DNA of 64,000 bases from positions 32,001 through 96,000 of the forward strand of contig CAYLJV010000004.1 in the NCBI GenBank assembly GCA_964384105.1, read 5' to 3'. The translations under genes were made by a program, and so were the position numbers. Origin of the DNA: Candidatus Hadarchaeota archaeon. GTDB taxonomy: Archaea > Hadarchaeota > Hadarchaeia > Hadarchaeales > JAGGTB01. The notes under the pieces are model-generated. The model saw nothing but the letters and a program-made list of their open reading frames with translations. It was not told the origin of the DNA and did not search any database. Numbering within the stretch: the first letter of the stretch is position 1; each line of letters opens with the position of its first letter. Below are positions 58,441 through 64,000 of the stretch, piece after piece.

Positions 58441-59742
58441 ATGCCAACTTCCTCTAAGCGAGTTTTCGGTTTTGTTATAGTGCTGATACTTGCTTCTGCC
58501 TTGACTGTGGGGTATGCTTTAGATAGTTATCTTATTTCAGAAGATAGTGATGAGATAAGTAAGGCTCAATTCCTATATTCTAACTTTTCGAGAGAGGAAG
58601 AGCCAAATGTTACAGAAGAGGTACTCTCTGAATTAGTCGGCGGAAATAATCAATTCGTTTTCGATTTGTACCAAGAAATTTTGGATGAAGATGGTAATCT
58701 TTTCTATTCGCCGTACAGTATTTCTTTAGCATTAGCCATGACTTATGCAGGGGCGAGAGGCGAGACCGAAGGGCAGATGTCAGATGTTCTCAATTTCACC
58801 TTATCTCAAAACGATTTACATCCCGCTTTCAATGCGCTAGACCAACAGTTGACTGGTAAGGAAAAACCCGAAAATTTCGAACTAAATATCGCAAATGCTT
58901 TTTGGGGCCAAGAAAATTACCATTTTGAGGAAGCTTATTTGGATACCCTTGCCAGGAATTACGGAGCGGGTATTGGCATTCTTGATTTTATGGGGGAACC
59001 AGAGGAAAGTCGAGAAATTATAAATGAGTGGGTTGAAGCTAAAACTGAAAATAAAATTGAGGATCTGCTTCCAAAAGGTTCGATTAGTCCCGCAACTAGG
59101 GCAGTTCTTACAAATGCTATATACTTCCTTGCTAAGTGGCAGAACCCCTTTCAAGAATCGAACACAGAGGATGGAAAGTTTACTCTCTTGAATGGTGAAG
59201 AAGTTAACGTGCCGATGATGTTTCAATCGAGTAAATTTAGATATGCTGAGGGAGGCTCATACAAAGCAGTTGAGTTACAATATAATGTGGAAGATATGTC
59301 CATGTTAGTTGTATTGCCGGAAAGAGGCTCGTTCTCGGATTTTGAAAAGTCTCTTAATAGCGACTGGCTAGGCGACATTATTAGCAATTTGGAAACTAAA
59401 GAGGTAGAGCTCAAGATGCCAAAATTTGAGTTCGAAAAAAGTTTGAACCTGTCAAAGACTCTCATCAAGATGGGTATGCCAGTTGCCTTCAGTCCTGACG
59501 CTGATTTTTCAGGGATTACAGGGGATAGATCTTTGTTAATAGACGAAGTATTTCACAAAGCGTTTGTATCTGTAGATGAAAAGGGAACAGAAGCTGCGGC
59601 TGCTACCGCTGTTGTTATGAGAGAGACTTCGGTTATGCCTACCGTTGAGCTATCGTTAGATAGTCCATTCATTTTCATGATACGAGACAATGAGACGGGT
59701 ACTATCCTCTTTGCTGGACGGGTTCTGAATCCAAATGCGTAA
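58441..59742 (+). CDS. secreted serpin
   Basis: NLFYSPYSI, NAIYF..W, VPMM, EKGTEAAAAT hinge, PFIFMIRD..ILFAGRV.NP; N-terminal signal. Confidence 0.95.
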   Translation: MPTSSKRVFGFVIVLILASALTVGYALDSYLISEDSDEISKAQFLYSNFSREEEPNVTEEVLSELVGGNNQFVFDLYQEILDEDGNLFYSPYSISLALAMTYAGARGETEGQMSDVLNFTLSQNDLHPAFNALDQQLTGKEKPENFELNIANAFWGQENYHFEEAYLDTLARNYGAGIGILDFMGEPEESREIINEWVEAKTENKIEDLLPKGSISPATRAVLTNAIYFLAKWQNPFQESNTEDGKFTLLNGEEVNVPMMFQSSKFRYAEGGSYKAVELQYNVEDMSMLVVLPERGSFSDFEKSLNSDWLGDIISNLETKEVELKMPKFEFEKSLNLSKTLIKMGMPVAFSPDADFSGITGDRSLLIDEVFHKAFVSVDEKGTEAAAATAVVMRETSVMPTVELSLDSPFIFMIRDNETGTILFAGRVLNPNA

Positions 59743-59825
59743 TTATGCGGAGTTTTGCTAATTTAGGACTGAACCCCGGGATTTAAAGGGAAGAAGAACG
59801 TTTAAGGACAAAACGGAGAAACAAA

Positions 59826-59954
59826 ATGCCATGGGAAAAAGCATCTAAATTTTACAGGCAAAGAAAAAAAGAGGCTTACAGTCGTATCAGGCAGGAAGAC
59901 CTTTTCCAAGAGTTCAAGGAGTTTATTGACTGGAGAACCAATCAGGCAATGTGA
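59826..59954 (+). CDS. possible 42-aa microprotein
   Basis: GGAGA SD and ATG; MPWEKASKFYRQRKKEAYSRIRQEDLFQEFKEFIDWRTNQAM. Confidence 0.35.
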   Translation: MPWEKASKFYRQRKKEAYSRIRQEDLFQEFKEFIDWRTNQAM

Positions 59955-60041
59955 TGATTAATTGTTCTTTTCTGTTTAGAATGCTATTGTTACTGTTAGA
60001 AAATTACTTCTAATTTTGTTTTTGATTTGCATATATTGTTC

Positions 60042-61718
60042 TCAAAAGTTTTTATTTGCTTTTTTGTCCTTTTGAATGGCTTTGTAGACGCTGTAACCCC
60101 CACTAAGATTTGAGGCCTCGTATCCCTTTTGGGTTAGCATCCTGTTTGCTATATATGATCTCAAACCGATTCCACAATAACTCACAATTTTCTTGTCTTC
60201 TGGTATCTCGTCAATCCTGTTCCTGAGCTCGTGTAGGGGAATGTGGATCGAATTTTCGATCTGTCCCTCTTTTAACTCTGATTGCTTTCTAACGTCCAAA
60301 ATAGTAGTGTTTTCTTTATCTAAAGAATCTAGATCGTGCCAGTGAACTATGTCCATCATATCGTTGATTATGTTCCCAGCCACGTAACCTGCCATGTTAA
60401 CGGGATCCTTTGCTGCAGAATATGGTGGTGCATAGGCTAGTTCAAGTTCCTGCAGGTCGAATACAGTCTTTTCGAACCTTATTGCGTTTGCTAAAACATC
60501 TATTCGTTTGTCTACTCCCTCTTTTCCTACTATCTGAGCTCCGTATAGTCTTCCATTTCTCGGATCAAAGATTACTTTTATAGTCATCTTTTTCGCGCCG
60601 GGATAGTAGCCGACGTGAGATCTGGATATTGTGAAAGATTTTTCGTAGTTGATACCTTTCCTTTTGAGTGTTTTTTCGTTCATTCCAGTGGACGCTACTG
60701 TTAGGTCAAAAACTTTTGTTATGAACGTTCCTTGAGTGCCTTTGTATTTTTCTTTCTGTCCGGCGATATTATTGGCTACAATTCGCCCCTGTTTATTCGC
60801 AGGGCCTGCCAAGGGAATATAGCAAGGTTCTCCATCAACTTTGTGTTTTATCTCAATAGCGTCACCTATAGCGTAAATATCGGGATCGGAGGTCTCTAAA
60901 TATTCGTTTACTTTAATTCCTCTTACTTCTCCTATTTCTAAACCTGCCTTCTCGGCGAGTTCAGTTTCTGGCCTGACCCCTATTGCCAGGATTATAATGT
61001 CGGATTTCAGTTTTTTACCGCTCTCCAGAACTACTTTCGATTCTCCGTCTTCCCTTTTGAAAGATTTAACTCCATCTTCGAGGTGAAGATCTATGTCTTT
61101 TTCCCTAAGATGGTTGTGTATTTTGACTGCCATGTCGTAGTCCAATGGGGGCATAACTTGGTCCATCATCTCTACTAAAGAAACGTTTAAACCGGCATTT
61201 TTGAGATTCTCTGTCATCTCTAGGCCAATGAACCCCCCTCCTACCACTACAGCTTTTTGAACCTTCTCCGATTCTACAAGTTTCTTGATAGAATCAGTAT
61301 CAGGTATATCTCTGAGAGTAAAGAGGTTATCAACTTCATCTATTCCTTCGATAGGTGGCTTTAATGGCTCAGCTCCCGGGGAAAGGACGAGTTTATCGTA
61401 ATCTTCGAAATAAGTTTTATTGTTTTTTAGATCCTTGACTTTTACTTTCTTTTTCTCCGGGTCTATGTCTACTACTTCATTGTTGACTCTTACATCAACG
61501 TTGAACCGGGTTTCTATCGATTTGGGTGTTCGGATTATCAGGTTTTCTCTATTCTCAATTTTATTTCCAATATAGTAAGGGAGACCACAATTTGCGAAAG
61601 AGACGTATTCTCCTTTTTCAAATATTATTATCTCAGCGTTTTCTTTCAATCTTCTTAGACGCGCTGCTGCGGTGGCCCCGCCTGCGACTCCACCAACGAT
61701 CAGAATCTTCTCAGACAT
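60042..61718 (-). CDS. CoA-disulfide reductase / NADH persulfide reductase with rhodanese domain
   Basis: GGVAGG, SFANCGLPY, GGGFIG, YAPPYS, C-terminal YCGIGLRS; start placed at MSEKIL. Confidence 0.9.
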   Translation of the reverse strand: MSEKILIVGGVAGGATAAARLRRLKENAEIIIFEKGEYVSFANCGLPYYIGNKIENRENLIIRTPKSIETRFNVDVRVNNEVVDIDPEKKKVKVKDLKNNKTYFEDYDKLVLSPGAEPLKPPIEGIDEVDNLFTLRDIPDTDSIKKLVESEKVQKAVVVGGGFIGLEMTENLKNAGLNVSLVEMMDQVMPPLDYDMAVKIHNHLREKDIDLHLEDGVKSFKREDGESKVVLESGKKLKSDIIILAIGVRPETELAEKAGLEIGEVRGIKVNEYLETSDPDIYAIGDAIEIKHKVDGEPCYIPLAGPANKQGRIVANNIAGQKEKYKGTQGTFITKVFDLTVASTGMNEKTLKRKGINYEKSFTISRSHVGYYPGAKKMTIKVIFDPRNGRLYGAQIVGKEGVDKRIDVLANAIRFEKTVFDLQELELAYAPPYSAAKDPVNMAGYVAGNIINDMMDIVHWHDLDSLDKENTTILDVRKQSELKEGQIENSIHIPLHELRNRIDEIPEDKKIVSYCGIGLRSYIANRMLTQKGYEASNLSGGYSVYKAIQKDKKANKNF

Positions 61719-61893
61719 TTTTCTCACTAGAAGCCTAAGATTGGGCATCCTTTTTTCTGAAGCAGATGTTCCCACTCTTATGCTTATATTCGAATATTCT
61801 AATCTTTTAATATATACTTTTTGTTTTTAACGAGCTTTCCGTGAATTGGAGATAGTAATTCGTAAAGAATAGTATAGCGAGTTTCAGTTCTTT

Positions 61894-62766
61894 CTATTTA
61901 CTTAAAACTCCTAAAGAACAGTAGCCTACGACTTGCCCGGTTGGTCCGGCAGTGTCCCCACTGGTAGCGTATTTGAATAATTCTGCTTTGTTTGCCCCCA
62001 GCTCTTTAGAAGCAACGATCATGGCAGCCACGGGTCCATAACCACAGACGCTCATATTTTTCCTTGAAACCGTTTCGAGGAGCCCTTTCCAGTCGAGATT
62101 TTTTATTTTCTCTATAGCTTCCCGGTCCTTTGATTCGGCCATTCGTTGAGGTTCGTAGTGGGTGAGGTCGGTGGAGGCGATAATTAGAATTTCTTCTCCT
62201 TCGATAATTTCTCCGATTGCTTCCCCTAGGTCCCTGCTTGTTTCGGTGCTTTGCTTTTTCATACAGATTGGAACTATGGTGAAGTCTTCGTCGAATAAGT
62301 ATTGCAAAAATGGGAGTTGAACTTCCAGAGAGTGTTCGTTTAAGTGAGCGGAGGAATCAAGCTCTGCGGTCTCCGATTCTTCCAGAATTTTGTCCCTGAG
62401 ACTGTCGTCGATTTCGATTTGTCCTAAAGGCGTTTCCCACAGGTCCGAAGAATCGACTGAAACTTCAGGTCCCATTCCCGAGTGATTCGGTCCTATGATT
62501 ATAACTGAGTCTGGTTTTCCGTCTTCTGCCAGTTTCGAAAATCCGTGAGCGGCAACCGGCCCTGAATAGGGGTAGCCGGCGTGGGGTGATACCAGTCCTA
62601 TTATCTCTCTGGGACCCTTTTGGACCTCTGGAATGGGTCCCGGTCCATGTTCGTGTTTGAAACAGTCCTCTATCTGAGCGGTTAGATTAGACTTGGAACC
62701 ACCGTAAAAACGACCAGCGACAGCGGGATATCTTATATCTGGCATGTGAATCCCCATCCTTTGCAA
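61894..62766 (-). CDS. MEMO1 family protein (AmmeMemoRadiSam protein B)
   Basis: PAVAGRFY, PHAGY.YSG, EHSLEVQLPFLQ, STDLTHY, CGYGP. Confidence 0.92.
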   Translation of the reverse strand: MQRMGIHMPDIRYPAVAGRFYGGSKSNLTAQIEDCFKHEHGPGPIPEVQKGPREIIGLVSPHAGYPYSGPVAAHGFSKLAEDGKPDSVIIIGPNHSGMGPEVSVDSSDLWETPLGQIEIDDSLRDKILEESETAELDSSAHLNEHSLEVQLPFLQYLFDEDFTIVPICMKKQSTETSRDLGEAIGEIIEGEEILIIASTDLTHYEPQRMAESKDREAIEKIKNLDWKGLLETVSRKNMSVCGYGPVAAMIVASKELGANKAELFKYATSGDTAGPTGQVVGYCSLGVLSK

Positions 62767-62933
62767 GCTTGGTAATCATTTATTACTATTTCCTATTCAA
62801 GTTTTCTCAGTATTTTTTAGCTATCTACGGCCAGTTGGTTGAGTGAAATAAGTTCGACGATTTGTTCTAAATATGAGTTATCTGTTAGACCTGAAATAAA
62901 AGAAAGTAAAAAGAAGAAGAGATAGGGGAATAT

Positions 62934-63701
62934 TTATTCTATCGCTGATTTTGTTTCTGGTAGTATCTGGCCGCCGTCTACGATGATGGTCTGGCCGGTA
63001 ATGTAGGATGCCTCGTCGGAGGCTAGGAATGCCATTGCGTGGCCGATATCTTCTGGTTCACCCATTCGTTTCATTGGTATTGACTCCGCCTGATCCTCGA
63101 TGTGGCCCTCTAACTGCTCCTTGTAACCTTCTGTGAGAATATTTCCTGGCTCGACGCCGTTCACGTTAATATTGTACTGGGCGAGTTCCAAGCCTGCAGC
63201 TTTTATGAAACCGTTTATTCCAGCCTTGCTCGCGGCGTAGTGGGCTAGTTTGGGGTAAGCGGTTCTGGGCCCGGTTATAGAGGAAGTTATGACAATTTTT
63301 CCATAATTCTGCTCGATCATGTAGGGGAGTACCGCTTTAACGCTCAGGAATGTTCCCTTCAAGTTAATATCGAGAACCTTATCCCAGTCCTCCTCCGTCA
63401 TCTCCTGGAGGCTGACCTCGGGGTAAATCCCAACATTATTACACAGAATATCCACACTACCGTACTCCTCGTTGCAAGTACTCGCCGCTTCTTCCATATC
63501 TTCCATTTTTGTGACATTCGCCTGAATGTAAGTTGCCTCGTATCCCTCATCTTCTATCTCTTCAGCCGTCTTCCTCGCCAACTCTTCTTCCAAATCTACC
63601 GCCAGAACTTTCGCTCCTTCCCTTGCAAAAACCTTAGCAATACCACGACCAATACCTCTACCAGCACCAGTCACGATAGCACTCTTGTCCTTGAGTCTAA
63701 T
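62934..63701 (-). CDS. short-chain dehydrogenase/reductase (FabG-like)
   Basis: TGAGRGIG, NNVG, YAASK, PG; probable ATT start at 63701. Confidence 0.92.
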   Translation of the reverse strand: MRLKDKSAIVTGAGRGIGRGIAKVFAREGAKVLAVDLEEELARKTAEEIEDEGYEATYIQANVTKMEDMEEAASTCNEEYGSVDILCNNVGIYPEVSLQEMTEEDWDKVLDINLKGTFLSVKAVLPYMIEQNYGKIVITSSITGPRTAYPKLAHYAASKAGINGFIKAAGLELAQYNINVNGVEPGNILTEGYKEQLEGHIEDQAESIPMKRMGEPEDIGHAMAFLASDEASYITGQTIIVDGGQILPETKSAIE

Positions 63702-63813
63702 CTAAATCACCTCTCGGTTATTAAAATCTCGAAATCTTATAAAAATTGTTTCAATACTTGCTTTTATTTAAGTAGAATAAACTAACTATTTGGAGCTGGA
63801 CCGATCATATATT

Positions 63814-63887
63814 GGGCCCGTGGTCTAGTTGGCTATGACGTCGCCTTTACGAGGCGAAAATCGAGGGTTCGAATCCCTCCGGGCCCA
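63814..63887 (+). tRNA. tRNA-Val(UAC)
   Basis: GGGCCCG/CGGGCCC, TCGCC-TTTACGA-GGCGA, GGTTCGAATCC. Confidence 0.96.
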
Positions 63888-64000
63888 CTCCAACCTTTTA
63901 CTTCCTCCGATCGCAAAACGTTGACGAAAATATTCATCTCTCTCTGGCGAAAGATCGATGTATTGGTTGGCTCAGTTGGCTTACCTTACTCGTGAAAAAA

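Noticed and set aside
1-64000. CRISPR arrays, rRNA genes, intact transposases or reverse transcriptases
   Set aside because: No regularly spaced repeats or matching ORFs were seen.

Overview
Archaeal chromosomal window. Evidence: Hjc, class I LysRS, Alba, PAC2, SAMP/NcsA, archaeal PEP carboxylase, 7S SRP RNA, BHB tRNA introns and GGAGGTGA-type SD sites. The gene set and acidic proteins suggest a euryarchaeal-related lineage such as MSBL1/Hadarchaeota (inference only). Content is mostly housekeeping, plus a complete EppA-type (Epd-like) type IV pilus locus (26.9-40.8 kb), three REC-first signalling proteins, a secreted serpin, four tRNAs and SRP RNA. Main observations not explained by ordinary annotation: (1) an unrecognised ~200-275 nt GC-rich structured RNA motif in two diverged copies (19006-19236 +, 52864-53138 -) with compensatory base changes; (2) a ~50 nt box C/D-like RNA complementary to the 23S P-loop, placing G2251 at the +5 position; (3) a tRNA-Leu(UAA) with two BHB introns around a 7-nt exon; (4) three genes that appear to start at ATT; (5) Hef split by one in-frame TAG; (6) a decayed integrase-bearing element at tRNA-Thr. 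All family calls come from motif recognition by eye; no database searches were run.
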